Positions 39,367 through 49,357 of a stretch of DNA of 64,000 nucleotides are shown piece by piece (the first letter of the stretch is position 1; every line of letters begins with the position of its first letter). The DNA lies in NCBI GenBank assembly GCA_963667295.1, contig OY763327.1, positions 1,060,898-1,124,897 of the forward strand, given 5' to 3'. The DNA is from Phycisphaeraceae bacterium. GTDB lineage: Bacteria > Planctomycetota > Phycisphaerae > Phycisphaerales > Phycisphaeraceae. Position numbers and translations under genes: made by a program. The notes beneath the pieces were generated by a model that had not been told where the DNA came from, ran no database searches, and saw nothing but the letters and a program-made list of their open reading frames with translations.

Positions 39367-39807
39367 TTGTGGGGTATGAAAAGACAGAGCATGAACCGGT
39401 CAATTGTGTGGGGACTACTTTTTATTTTGTGCGGTTCTTATATCGCCGGCTGTGAACCCAAGCCAAAGATTACGGATAAGAACGTTGTTGTGATTGATGA
39501 TGTGCAGGTTGCAGAGATGATCCAGAACAACGACAAGCTATTGATCATCGACACGCGCCCGGATTACAAGTATCGCCTGGGGCACCTGCCCGGTGCGGTC
39601 AATATCCCATTGCCTGAACTTGAACCAGATGACAGCCGGATCACGCCTGATAAGCACATCGTTGTCTACGGTGATGGGCCTCGCAACACGCTATCACATG
39701 CGGCAGCGAAGAAACTCTTGACATCAGCGAAGTTAGTGGTCTACGACTTCCGCGGCGGCTACGAGTTATGGACCAAGAATGGTCGGGAAACCGTATCGGG
39801 GTATTGA
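39367..39807 (+). CDS. Rhodanese-domain lipoprotein
   Basis: 146 aa; lipobox (LCGSYIAGC), single rhodanese domain. Confidence 0.75.
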   Translation: MWGMKRQSMNRSIVWGLLFILCGSYIAGCEPKPKITDKNVVVIDDVQVAEMIQNNDKLLIIDTRPDYKYRLGHLPGAVNIPLPELEPDDSRITPDKHIVVYGDGPRNTLSHAAAKKLLTSAKLVVYDFRGGYELWTKNGRETVSGY

Positions 39808-39815
39808 TCTAAATG

Positions 39816-40454
39816 CTAAGCGGCACGGATACGAAAGGGCGGCCGTGGCTGCTCGGGCTTGTCCGTGTCAACCTCGACAGCTTCTTCAACATTTTCTTGT
39901 TCCGACTTCTCGGGCCATAGCCCCGCAATCATGCATATGATCGCGACAGCCAGCAGGACGTAGCGGCTGGTTCCGCTCGTCATACGTGTCATGCGTGTAT
40001 TGATCGGACGTAACGGCTGAATGTCTTGGCCGACGACCGGTAAGGGTGATGCCAGCCAGGATTCGATCACTTCATCGTTTCCGGAGAAAGTGGGGTCGTT
40101 TACGGCTACGTAGTTAGATCCCTGTACGCCTCGCGCTGGAACAGAGGTCACCCAGAGGTTGTCCATCAACTTTTTATCAGCCGGTTTGTAACGCAGGTGC
40201 GTGAACGCCAGACGTTCCAGCAGTGCCGGGTCATCAGATTCCAAAGCATCATAAAAGGCGGCGTAACGCTCACGCTGGGTCTGCATGCTCTCGGCTTGCA
40301 ATTTGAGCATGTCGCGTTGCCAGACCATCTCCCGCCAGCTCAGCCATTCGGGCGTGATCAGCGTCATCCCAAGCAAAGTCAGTCCACCCAGCAGAGGTAA
40401 CCACCCGGCCAGGGTGGAGAGCAATGTCTCAAGCGGATGCGAGCGCAACGACAT
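39816..40454 (-). CDS. Hypothetical membrane protein
   Basis: 212-aa ORF, two predicted TM segments; no family assignment. Confidence 0.45.
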   Translation of the reverse strand: MSLRSHPLETLLSTLAGWLPLLGGLTLLGMTLITPEWLSWREMVWQRDMLKLQAESMQTQRERYAAFYDALESDDPALLERLAFTHLRYKPADKKLMDNLWVTSVPARGVQGSNYVAVNDPTFSGNDEVIESWLASPLPVVGQDIQPLRPINTRMTRMTSGTSRYVLLAVAIICMIAGLWPEKSEQENVEEAVEVDTDKPEQPRPPFRIRAA

Positions 40455-40668
40455 AAATTAGTTATCGGCCGGCGGGCATCTCTGGCAGTAGAAACAAACG
40501 ATGTGCGCAGCAGTTCGGAAGTCGGTAACGCGGCACGAGACTTCATCTGCAGACTTGTTATTGACAACTTTTTGATTCACAAACACTTATTTGCGTGATG
40601 CCGGGCACCAAAATCCAGGCTCATCAGATATACTCCGCTTGTCACTTGAACCATGGAGGCTATTCGGG

Positions 40669-42048
40669 ATGGCAAACGAAACCAGACGCGACTTTCTCAA
40701 ACTCGCCGGTAGTCTTTCAGCCGGTGTCTTACTCGGGACCGCAGGTTGTGCGAGCAGTTCCAAACCATTCGGCAAAATGTCCAAAGCTTCAGGCGGATCA
40801 GCGGTAGCTCTGACAGGCAAGCCGCTGGATACCGTCCGGGTCGGCATGATCGGTGTCGGTGACCGGGGCTCGCAGCACCTGGACAAGCTTGTAAGGATCA
40901 AGCATGTGGAGATTGTTGCCCTCGCTGATCCCTACGTCTCCGCCGCCAAGAAGAATCAGATAATCTGCACCGAGCACGGGCATACCGCTCCGGACCTCTA
41001 TACCAACGGGGAGCATGATTACAAACGCATGCTCGAACGGGATGACATCGACGCTGTGTGGATATCCACGCCTTGGCGGTGGCACTGCCCACAGGGGGTT
41101 GACGCCATGCTTGCGGGTAAGCACGCCTTCATCGAGGTGCCTATGGCTCTGACGATCGATGAACTTTGGAAGCTGGTCGATACCTGCGAGAAGACAGGTC
41201 AGCACTGCATGATGATGGAGAACGTCAACTTCGGCCGGGATGAACTGCTCGCGCTGAACCTCTGTCGGCATGGCGTACTCGGTGAACTGACGCATGGTGA
41301 AGCAGCGTACATCCATGACCTGCGCTACCAGATGAAAGATATCGACCACGACACCGGCTCCTGGCGCACCGCATATCACATCAAAGAAAACGGCAACCTT
41401 TATCCGACCCACGGCCTTGGACCGGTCGCTCAGTACATGAATGTTGACCGAACGGATGACCGTTTCCACTCGATGGTTTCAATGAGTAGTCCTGCGCTGG
41501 GTCGGCAAAGTTACGCTGAAGCAAACTTCCCGCCGGAGCATCCGAGGCGCAAGGCAAAATATATCAGCGGCGATATGAGTACGAGCATCATCAAGACTCA
41601 TCTTGGCAGAACTATTATGGTGCAGTGGGACACCGCAACACCCCGGCCGTACTCACGTCATAACCTGATCCAGGGGACGAACGGCATATTTGCCGGCTTC
41701 CCGACACGACTGGCCGTCGAAGGACGCGGCAGCTATCACCACTGGACGCAGGGTGATGAGTTGAAGGAAGTTTACGAGGAGTACGAACACCCGCTCTGGA
41801 AACGCATGGGCGAAGAGGCCGAGCGTGTCGGCGGGCATGGCGGGATGGACTTCATCATGAACAGCCGGATCATCGAGTGCCTTCGTAACGGCGAGCCGAT
41901 GGATCAGAATGTGTATGAGGGGGCGAGCTGGTCTTCGGTGCGTCCGCTTAGCGCGTGGTCCGTTGCGCATGGTGGGGAGCCAATAAAGTTCCCCGACTTT
42001 ACACGTGGCAAGTGGAAGACAACGACGCCATTGGGCATCGTTAGCTGA
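40669..42048 (+). CDS. TAT-secreted Gfo/Idh/MocA-family NAD-dependent oxidoreductase
   Basis: Twin-arginine signal (MANETRRDFLKLAGSLSAGVLLG) with GGAGG RBS at 40655-40659; Rossmann GxGxxG (GMIGVGDRG), GFO_IDH_MocA C-terminal domain. Confidence 0.8.
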   Translation: MANETRRDFLKLAGSLSAGVLLGTAGCASSSKPFGKMSKASGGSAVALTGKPLDTVRVGMIGVGDRGSQHLDKLVRIKHVEIVALADPYVSAAKKNQIICTEHGHTAPDLYTNGEHDYKRMLERDDIDAVWISTPWRWHCPQGVDAMLAGKHAFIEVPMALTIDELWKLVDTCEKTGQHCMMMENVNFGRDELLALNLCRHGVLGELTHGEAAYIHDLRYQMKDIDHDTGSWRTAYHIKENGNLYPTHGLGPVAQYMNVDRTDDRFHSMVSMSSPALGRQSYAEANFPPEHPRRKAKYISGDMSTSIIKTHLGRTIMVQWDTATPRPYSRHNLIQGTNGIFAGFPTRLAVEGRGSYHHWTQGDELKEVYEEYEHPLWKRMGEEAERVGGHGGMDFIMNSRIIECLRNGEPMDQNVYEGASWSSVRPLSAWSVAHGGEPIKFPDFTRGKWKTTTPLGIVS

Positions 42049-42086
42049 CGCCATCCTTCAAGATATGTGTAATACTAAAAGAAAAA

Positions 42087-42138
42087 CCCCGGTGATGAAC
42101 CGGGGTCTGGGGGGCATTCAGCCTGTGGTGGCAGGCTG
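42087..42138. terminator. Tandem hairpins between convergent genes (bidirectional terminator candidates)
   Basis: ccccggtgatgaaccgggg (42087-42105) and cagcctgtggtggcaggctg (42119-42138). Confidence 0.5.
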
Positions 42139-42155
42139 ACTGGTGGTATGTTTAC

Positions 42156-43106
42156 TTACAGATCAAGCGCTTCGTCGGCCGGTGGTGGAGGAGGCGGGCC
42201 GTCATCCTGGCCACGCCGATTCCCTCGTGGACCTTCGCCACGACCGCGACGATCGCCACGGTGTTCTTCACGGAACTTACGCATCTGCTCGATGTTCTTT
42301 TCAAGCTGGGCCTGTTGTTCTTCGTCGAGGATTTCTTTCACCGCTTCGATCTTCTCATCGCGCGTCTTGTCGGAGCGGACGATATCACGCAATTGTTCCT
42401 TCTGTTCATCATCCAGGTTCAGGTTGCCGAACAGTCCACCGCCCGGACCACGGCGTTGAGCGTCACGCGGCGGGCCGTCACCACCCGGCCCCATCCCTTC
42501 ACCCCGAGGCGGCCTGTCGCCATCAGGGCCCATCCCTTCACCCGGAGGCGGTCCATCGGGGCGGCCTTCACGCCATTGCTGCATGCGCTCACGTAACTTC
42601 TCGATCCGCTCGTCAAAAGTTGTTTGCTGTTCTTCGGTCAACAGGGCGCGGATCTGGTCATGTGTGGCGTCGGGCTTAGGCGCTGAATCCATCAAGGCAT
42701 GCACCTTTTCACGCAGGGCATCCATGGCTTCCTGATCGCCGCGTGCTTCTCGCATCTGCTCCCGAAGCGCATCGAACTCTTCCTTGTGTTCTTCGTGCCA
42801 GGCGCGGCGTTCTTCGCCATGCGCCTTCATGATCTCGCCGATCTGTGTCTTCTGATCGTCGGTTAATTCCATCCCGGCAAACAGTCGTTTGAGTATCGCG
42901 CCGGGGTCACGTTGACCACGCAAACCGCGTTCACCGGCTTCACTACCACGACGCGGGCCACGTTCGCCGTCGACCTGTTTACGCATAGGCCGATCGCCGT
43001 CCGGTGCTCCGTCATCCACAGGTTGAGCAAGTGCATATCCGCCACTTATTGCCAGCACGGACACGAGAATGAGTGTCCTGCCTTTGCTGTGTGTATATCT
43101 GAACAT
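42156..43106 (-). CDS. Periplasmic Spy/CpxP-like (LTxxQ-motif) protein with Pro/Gly-rich tandem repeats
   Basis: 316 aa; signal peptide; repeated ...ELTDDQKTQI / LTEEQQ... LTxxQ-type helices; GEGMGPDGDRPPR / GEGMGPGGDGPPR repeat encoded by a ~39-bp tandem DNA repeat at ~42470-42560. Confidence 0.65.
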   Translation of the reverse strand: MFRYTHSKGRTLILVSVLAISGGYALAQPVDDGAPDGDRPMRKQVDGERGPRRGSEAGERGLRGQRDPGAILKRLFAGMELTDDQKTQIGEIMKAHGEERRAWHEEHKEEFDALREQMREARGDQEAMDALREKVHALMDSAPKPDATHDQIRALLTEEQQTTFDERIEKLRERMQQWREGRPDGPPPGEGMGPDGDRPPRGEGMGPGGDGPPRDAQRRGPGGGLFGNLNLDDEQKEQLRDIVRSDKTRDEKIEAVKEILDEEQQAQLEKNIEQMRKFREEHRGDRRGRGEGPRGNRRGQDDGPPPPPPADEALDL

Positions 43107-43293
43107 AATCTATTCCTTTCCAAGGTTGTGGTACTCAGTCTTAGTGCCCCGGTCAGGGGCTTCATACGGCATAACGGCCATACAAGCCCGTTATTGCATT
43201 CTTGTTTCATCTCATTGGTCTGTCGGCCTGACTGGCCTTATGATTGGCAAATTAACCCCGTGAAAACCTTATCGGTAATTTGGAGAAGTAACC

Positions 43294-44145
43294 ATGGCTC
43301 AGACACCCCCGTCACAAAACGCACAATCCCAACCACCGGCACAACTGCCCGGCGTAGACCGAATTATCGCTGTGGGGGCCGGTAAGGGGGGCGTAGGCAA
43401 GTCCACTATTTCAGTCAATCTCGCGGTCGGACTCGCACGGGCAGGGGCAAAAGTTGGAATCCTCGACGGTGATATCTACGGCCCGAGCCTGCCGACCATG
43501 CTCGGGATCAAAGGCCAGCAACCGCGTGCAGACTGCAATGTGCTGATCCCCTTTGATGTCCACGGCTTGGAAGCGATGACGCTCGGAGCACTGGTTGAAG
43601 AAGAAAAACCTTTGATCTGGCGCGGCCCCATGGCCCATGGAGCGTTTCAGCAGATTGCGACGCAAACACGCTGGGATAATCTGGATTACCTGATCATCGA
43701 CCTGCCGCCGGGTACGGGTGATGTGCCGTTAACCATGAGCCAGTTGTTGCCGCTGACCGGTGCGGTCGTCGTCTGTACGCCACAGAAGGTGGCACAGGAT
43801 GATGCACGGCGAGCGGTGCGAATGTTCCAGGCGCTGGGCGTCGAGGTGCTTGGCGTCGTTGAAAACATGAGCTACTTCATCGGCGACGACGGCAAGGAAT
43901 ACGACATCTTCGGCAAGGGCGGCGCCGAAGCGATGGCCGCGCAGATGGGCTTGCCTTCACTCGGCGCAATCCCGATCAACATGGCCCTGCGTCATAACTG
44001 CGATGCCGGCGACCCGACCGCAAACTTCACCGCGGGCGACAAACTAACTGAAGAGTTGGAAATGTTGGTCAAGAAGTTCAGCGAGCGCGTGGAAGAGCAC
44101 ATCGCCTCCGGCGGCACCGAGCAGCCGACGATAACAATCAGCTAG
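43294..44145 (+). CDS. apbC: Fe-S cluster carrier ATPase (Mrp/ApbC/NBP35 family)
   Basis: 283 aa; deviant Walker A (GKGGVGKST), ParA/MinD fold, CxxC cluster-binding motif region. Confidence 0.85.
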   Translation: MAQTPPSQNAQSQPPAQLPGVDRIIAVGAGKGGVGKSTISVNLAVGLARAGAKVGILDGDIYGPSLPTMLGIKGQQPRADCNVLIPFDVHGLEAMTLGALVEEEKPLIWRGPMAHGAFQQIATQTRWDNLDYLIIDLPPGTGDVPLTMSQLLPLTGAVVVCTPQKVAQDDARRAVRMFQALGVEVLGVVENMSYFIGDDGKEYDIFGKGGAEAMAAQMGLPSLGAIPINMALRHNCDAGDPTANFTAGDKLTEELEMLVKKFSERVEEHIASGGTEQPTITIS

Positions 44146-45364
44146 CTGGGACATCCTTGATGCTGGATGTTTCCTTTGCCGGCTTGCTCTTTTGGTTAAT
44201 TCGTTCAGATATTTGTCGTGATATCACTATTGCTGCGGAGATATCCTTGTCGGACATATGCTCCTGCAAAATAGTGATGTGTTGCTGAGCGCGCATATCA
44301 CCATTTGCATTGGCGAGAGTGAGCCAGGCATATGAAAGCTTATGGTCGACCGGTACACTATTGCCCGAGCCGTATATCAAACCTAAACTAAACTGTGCTT
44401 CAGCCAAGCCTTGATCAGCAGCTTTGCTGAACCAATTAAATGCTTGCGCATCATCTTTGGGTATAAGCTTGCTCTCACCACTTTGATAAAAGAGCCCCAG
44501 CATATGCTGTGACTTGGCATAGCCCTGCTCTGCTGCTTTGCTATACCACTTAAGTGACTCCACTTCATCTTTATCTACACCTTCGCCGATTGAATAAACA
44601 TTACCTAGCATGTGTTGTGCCCATGCATCGTTTTGATCGGCTGCCTTATGGAACCATCTCACCATCTCGGCTTTATCTTTAGGAACACCTAGTCCACGAC
44701 CTGAAATAAAAGCCATGCTTAATTGCGCCTGCAATAAACCTTGATCTGCTGCCAATCGAAACCACTTTGCTGCTTCTTTATGGTTTTGTGCCACACCCAC
44801 ACCCATTACGAACATCGTGCCTAAACGGGCCTGTGCTTCGGCGTGGCCTTGAATTGCTGCTTTCCTGAACCACTTGACCGCCTCAGTATCGTCCTTGGGG
44901 GTGCCTTCCCCATGATAGTATGCTGATCCAAGAACATACTGAGATTCAACATATCCTTGTTCGGCAGCCCGGTGAAGCCATTCAAAAGCAACGGCACTGT
45001 CGGGTTGTATACCTTCCCCGGCGGAATACAAAATTGCCAACATGTGTTGTGCGCGAGCATGTCCTCGTTCTGCGGCCTGTCTATACCACTTAAACGCTTC
45101 GGCCATGTCAGTTGGCACGCCGGTACCTTCTCGATAACAATCAGCGAGTATGACTTGGGACTCCAAGTCACCATTTTCAGCCTTCGCTCGTGTTATCTCA
45201 ACCAGATCAGATAATACGGTGGCTTTCTGACCATTAGCACAAATCGATGACAGACAAATGATGAATATACAATTAACTGTTAATAAGAACCGCATCACGA
45301 CCTCCGGGATAAGCAATAGCACAATCATTCTAATGAATGATTTCTGGTCGTGTTGCAGAAGCAT
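44138..45364 (-). CDS. Sel1-repeat (TPR-like) secreted protein
   Basis: 408 aa; signal peptide; >8 Sel1 repeats (AQ..LG.MY..G.GV..D...A..W...AA.QG). Confidence 0.75.
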   Translation of the reverse strand: MLLQHDQKSFIRMIVLLLIPEVVMRFLLTVNCIFIICLSSICANGQKATVLSDLVEITRAKAENGDLESQVILADCYREGTGVPTDMAEAFKWYRQAAERGHARAQHMLAILYSAGEGIQPDSAVAFEWLHRAAEQGYVESQYVLGSAYYHGEGTPKDDTEAVKWFRKAAIQGHAEAQARLGTMFVMGVGVAQNHKEAAKWFRLAADQGLLQAQLSMAFISGRGLGVPKDKAEMVRWFHKAADQNDAWAQHMLGNVYSIGEGVDKDEVESLKWYSKAAEQGYAKSQHMLGLFYQSGESKLIPKDDAQAFNWFSKAADQGLAEAQFSLGLIYGSGNSVPVDHKLSYAWLTLANANGDMRAQQHITILQEHMSDKDISAAIVISRQISERINQKSKPAKETSSIKDVPAS

Positions 45365-45444
45365 AAATCTGCACGATTCTTAATTTCAGGTCAGAACTTG
45401 AGTGGTGGTGTTTAGGGATTGATACTCCAATGTTACACCACAAC

Positions 45445-45993
45445 TCACCTGTTCCACGGCATCCTGGCAAGGACCACGCTCATGCCGCACCAGTCGGTGA
45501 TGCCGGCGAAGATCAGGCCGCAGCCGACGAAGCCGCAGATCGCATAGAACCACGGATTGACCAGTGTACCGAGCAGCACGCCGGTTAATACGAATGCGCC
45601 AGCTCCAATACGGACCTGTCGATCCAATGGTATCACGTTCTTTTCGTGAATAATGGGCAGGCCTGCTTCTTCACAGGCTTTGGTGCCGCCCTCAACACAG
45701 ATCGCGTTCACACCGGCTTTGATCAGCAGTTCACAAGCGTTCTTGGCGCGTGCTCCACTGTGGCAGATGACATACAACGGCCTGTCATTACCGTCTGGTT
45801 GGAGTTCTTGTGCTGAATGAATACTCAACTTATCCAGCGGGAAATTCCGCGCGATGCTTACACGCTTGCCGCGGTACTCTCTGGGTGTACGGACATCGAT
45901 CAGGTTAATCGAGCCGTCTTTTTCAATCTTGATTTTCAGGTCGGTTGGGGCAATCGTTTGCACCTTGGTGGGTGCGGACATCTTTGTGGTCAT
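45445..45993 (-). CDS. Rhodanese domain protein with C-terminal YgaP/DUF2892-like membrane domain
   Basis: 182 aa; active-site Cys loop (YVICHSGARA); C-terminal hydrophobic helices. Confidence 0.7.
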   Translation of the reverse strand: MTTKMSAPTKVQTIAPTDLKIKIEKDGSINLIDVRTPREYRGKRVSIARNFPLDKLSIHSAQELQPDGNDRPLYVICHSGARAKNACELLIKAGVNAICVEGGTKACEEAGLPIIHEKNVIPLDRQVRIGAGAFVLTGVLLGTLVNPWFYAICGFVGCGLIFAGITDWCGMSVVLARMPWNR

Positions 45994-45998
45994 AGGTA

Positions 45999-47690
45999 CT
46001 ACTTATCCTGGGTACGAAGTTGTTTGGCAGCCAGCGCGTGTACGCGCATGAACACGCCGCCGGTCATATTGGAAACGTCCTTGAATCCGTGCTGCATCAG
46101 CATGCGGCAGGCAACATACGAGCGAGGCCCGGTCGCACAGGTCACGATGGTCGACTGGGAGGGGTCCAGTTCGCCGATACGCTGACGCAGTTCATCGACC
46201 GGTATGTGGATGACACCCTTGCATTCCGGTACAGGCTTACGATTCACTTCCGGTGCGGTCCGTACATCGAGAATCTGCTTACCGTTAAGATCTGCATCCG
46301 GTGCGGCGAATTTAACGAGGCCATCGAGTATGTTGCATGCGGTGAAGGCCGCCATATGCACCGGGTCCTTGGCTGCACCGAACGGTGGGGCGTATGTCAG
46401 GTCCAGGCCGGTCAGGTCACGCACGGTTGCGCCGAACTGCATCGCGGTGGCGATCACATCGATACGCTTGTCGATGCCCTCCGCGCCAACAGCCTGTGCG
46501 CCGAGCACCTTTCCAGACTCAGGTTCAAAGATCAGCTTCAAGACCATCTGCATCGCGCCGGGGTAATAGCCGACGTGATGATTTGCAAGAATCGTGACGC
46601 TCTGTGTCTTCTGCCCGAGTCTGGCTGCCAATTTTTCGGATAAGCCTGTACTGCCTGCTGCCAGACCGAAGACACGTGCGATGGCGGTACCCTGGACCGG
46701 CGCCCAGCTATCCGCCGAACCGCTTGCCGCGTGCTGGCCAGCGAGACGACCGGCTCGATTTGCCGGGCCAGCCAACGGGACGCGCATGGATTTGCCCGCC
46801 GGGCCGTAAACGTATTCAGCCGCATCTCCGACAGCGTAGATATCCGGATCGTCGGTCTTGCCATCTGCATCAACAGCGATCCCGCCGGTCTCGCCTAATG
46901 ATAAATCGGCATCCTTGGCAAGCTGCACGTTCGGTCGTACGCCGACGCCGAGAATCACAAGATCCGTCTCTACAATCACGCCACTATCGAGAACAACAGC
47001 TTCGGCTTTGCCATCACTTTCGCGGATATCCTTGATCCCATCACCCAGATGCAAAGCAATCTTGTGGGCTTCCAGTTCTTCCTTCAAGAGGTGCGCCATC
47101 TCCGCATCCAGCGGCGGCAACACCTGGTCGGCCAGTTCGACTAGTGTTGTCTCGATACCCAGTCCGTGGAACTGCTCGACCATTTCCAGGCCGATGAAGC
47201 CGGCGCCGATTACGACCGCACGTTGGGGTTTCTGAACATCCAGGTAATCCTTGATGCGGTCCGTGCCTTCAACGTTACGGACAGTAAACACATTAGCCGC
47301 GCCCGCCCCGCCGATGGGAGGGATGATCGGCGAGGCGCCGGGCGCGAGGATCAACTTGTCATATGCCAGCTCATACGTCTCCCCGGACCGATGATTGAGC
47401 ACCGTGACCACTTTCCGGGATCGGTCGATAGCGGTGGCTTCGGTGCGAGTTCGCACATCGATGTTGAATCGTTCAGCGAACAACTCCGGTTTGGCGACCA
47501 GCAATTTGTCACGCTTGACGATTTCGCCGCCCAGGTAGTAGGGCAGACCGCAGTTGGCGAAGGATACGTCCCGGTCCTTCTCCAGCATGATAATCTGTGC
47601 GTTTTCATTCATGCGCCTGGCGCGGGTCGCCGCCGAGGCTCCGCCTGCGACACCGCCGACGATCACAATACGTACTGCATCACTACTCAA
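45999..47690 (-). CDS. CoA-disulfide reductase / NADH-dependent persulfide reductase with C-terminal rhodanese domain
   Basis: 563 aa; FAD and NAD Rossmann motifs (VIVGGVAGG, VVIGAGFIGLE), redox Cys (FANCGLPY), C-terminal rhodanese active site (VTCATGPRS). Confidence 0.8.
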   Translation of the reverse strand: MSSDAVRIVIVGGVAGGASAATRARRMNENAQIIMLEKDRDVSFANCGLPYYLGGEIVKRDKLLVAKPELFAERFNIDVRTRTEATAIDRSRKVVTVLNHRSGETYELAYDKLILAPGASPIIPPIGGAGAANVFTVRNVEGTDRIKDYLDVQKPQRAVVIGAGFIGLEMVEQFHGLGIETTLVELADQVLPPLDAEMAHLLKEELEAHKIALHLGDGIKDIRESDGKAEAVVLDSGVIVETDLVILGVGVRPNVQLAKDADLSLGETGGIAVDADGKTDDPDIYAVGDAAEYVYGPAGKSMRVPLAGPANRAGRLAGQHAASGSADSWAPVQGTAIARVFGLAAGSTGLSEKLAARLGQKTQSVTILANHHVGYYPGAMQMVLKLIFEPESGKVLGAQAVGAEGIDKRIDVIATAMQFGATVRDLTGLDLTYAPPFGAAKDPVHMAAFTACNILDGLVKFAAPDADLNGKQILDVRTAPEVNRKPVPECKGVIHIPVDELRQRIGELDPSQSTIVTCATGPRSYVACRMLMQHGFKDVSNMTGGVFMRVHALAAKQLRTQDK

Positions 47691-48292
47691 GCCGTACCTC
47701 CGGTCAATTCAGTTTGTTTGGGCGCGCTGGAGTCCGTCCGTTTCGCGCCGGTTTCAAGTAAGAAGAAAATGACACCCGCAATGATAGCCAGCCCAAGGAT
47801 GAACCACCAAGGCGAAATGCCCGTTACGTCCGCAAAAGTTACCTTGCCCTCGTCCGCCACCTTCAGGAAACCATCCTTGATGTAGGGGTAGACCTCGGCG
47901 TAAATCCCTGCGCCGACAACCATTCCAAACAGGCCCGGCCAGGCGTGGCGGGAACCATCACCCAGTGCCGCCACACCGGTCCCCGGGCAGTAGCCCAGAA
48001 TCGCCATGCCCACGCCGAAGATCAACCCGCCCACGATGTTGGCAAGCAGCGTCGCACTCTTGATGTGCAGGCCGGTCTGCTCAAGCATACCCAGTTGCAG
48101 CATCCCCCAGATGCCGATCGCGCCGACGATGATGGCCGTCAGCATGGTCTTGAGCACGGTGAAGTCCTTCATCAGGAATTGCCCGATGATCACGTTATAC
48201 CGCGTCACGCCGCCAAGCTGCAGAAGCAGCCCGAATACCAGGCCGGTGACAAGCCCGGCAATCAACATCGAACCAGAATCAAAGCTCCACAT
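47687..48292 (-). CDS. YeeE/YedE-family sulfur-compound transporter subunit
   Basis: 201 aa polytopic; family glycine/Cys loop (LGYCPGTG). Confidence 0.7.
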   Translation of the reverse strand: MWSFDSGSMLIAGLVTGLVFGLLLQLGGVTRYNVIIGQFLMKDFTVLKTMLTAIIVGAIGIWGMLQLGMLEQTGLHIKSATLLANIVGGLIFGVGMAILGYCPGTGVAALGDGSRHAWPGLFGMVVGAGIYAEVYPYIKDGFLKVADEGKVTFADVTGISPWWFILGLAIIAGVIFFLLETGAKRTDSSAPKQTELTGGTA

Positions 48293-48875
48293 GATCGCGT
48301 CCTTTCATACCGAATAATGCGAACGCCGTGACGACGCCCGATGCAAACATCGCAAAGAAGAAGGTCCATGAACCCACTGCTAGCTGCAGCCCGCCGGAGA
48401 TGCCGTGCCCTGAAGTGCAACCGCCTGCCATTCGAGCGCCGAACAACAGCAGCACGCCACCGATAAACGCCGCGATATACCGCTTCATCTTGCTGGGGCC
48501 GAACCGAGCCGCCCAGACACTCGGTACACGTTCAATAAACTTATCACGTGCCAGTAGTTTCGATCCAACCAACGCGCCGCCGACCAGCCCGATCACCAGC
48601 ATGAACTGCCAGTCGAACATGTTCTTCTTAGGCGGGGCAAAGTACTTGGCGTAATACGCGTTCTGCTCGACATGTTCCGGTGCGGCGATGCCTGTCACAC
48701 AGCCGGAGATGTGCGCCATGGTCGTGCTGGTGCCCAGCGCTTTACCCATGCCGTAGAACGTGACCCAACTGAGTACACCGATCAATGCCCCGACGAGGTA
48801 GGGGCTCCAGCGTTTTCGTCCGAGTAATGTGCACGCAATCGGACAGGACTGTTCCTGATCTGCTTGCATTTTCAT
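48279..48875 (-). CDS. YeeE/YedE-family sulfur-compound transporter subunit
   Basis: 198 aa polytopic; family motif (GGCTSGHGISG); overlaps downstream paralog by 14 bp, suggesting an operon. Confidence 0.7.
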   Translation of the reverse strand: MKMQADQEQSCPIACTLLGRKRWSPYLVGALIGVLSWVTFYGMGKALGTSTTMAHISGCVTGIAAPEHVEQNAYYAKYFAPPKKNMFDWQFMLVIGLVGGALVGSKLLARDKFIERVPSVWAARFGPSKMKRYIAAFIGGVLLLFGARMAGGCTSGHGISGGLQLAVGSWTFFFAMFASGVVTAFALFGMKGRDHVEL

Positions 48876-48968
48876 GCTCCGTAAGGGGTAGGGGATAGTC
48901 TTGTAGGACGATCCGAGGCAGCACGAATACGCGCCTTCGGATCGCGTTGTATATCAGCAGGCCTTGGC

Positions 48969-49280
48969 CTATTCGGCATTACACCTGTGTCTGTGGATAC
49001 ATTGGATCACGTTGATCGCATTGGGATTGTCCACCCGGTAATAAGCCGTGCGTCCTTCGCGCTCGACATCGAGGATGCCGTGGGCCCGCATGTGATTCAG
49101 GTGCTGGCTGACCGCACTTGGCGCAAGGTCCACAGCTTCTGCCAACTCGCCGACACTCAGGCGGCCGCCCATCAACAGCTCAACAAACTTCAGCCGATGC
49201 GGGTGGGCCAATACACGCAGCACGCGTGCGGACTCTTCAAGCATTTCAATATCCAGAGGTGGTTTGATCGCTTGACTCAT
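48969..49280 (-). CDS. ArsR/SmtB-family transcriptional regulator
   Basis: 103 aa; winged HTH (LRVLAHPHRLKFVELL...SVGELAEAVDLAPSAVSQHLNHMR). Confidence 0.8.
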   Translation of the reverse strand: MSQAIKPPLDIEMLEESARVLRVLAHPHRLKFVELLMGGRLSVGELAEAVDLAPSAVSQHLNHMRAHGILDVEREGRTAYYRVDNPNAINVIQCIHRHRCNAE

Positions 49281-49357
49281 ATAGTCAATATATCAAGATC
49301 TAATGATATGTCAAGTTGTTGGGTGTTAAAATAATTAGGGGCATTAACTACCTGTTA

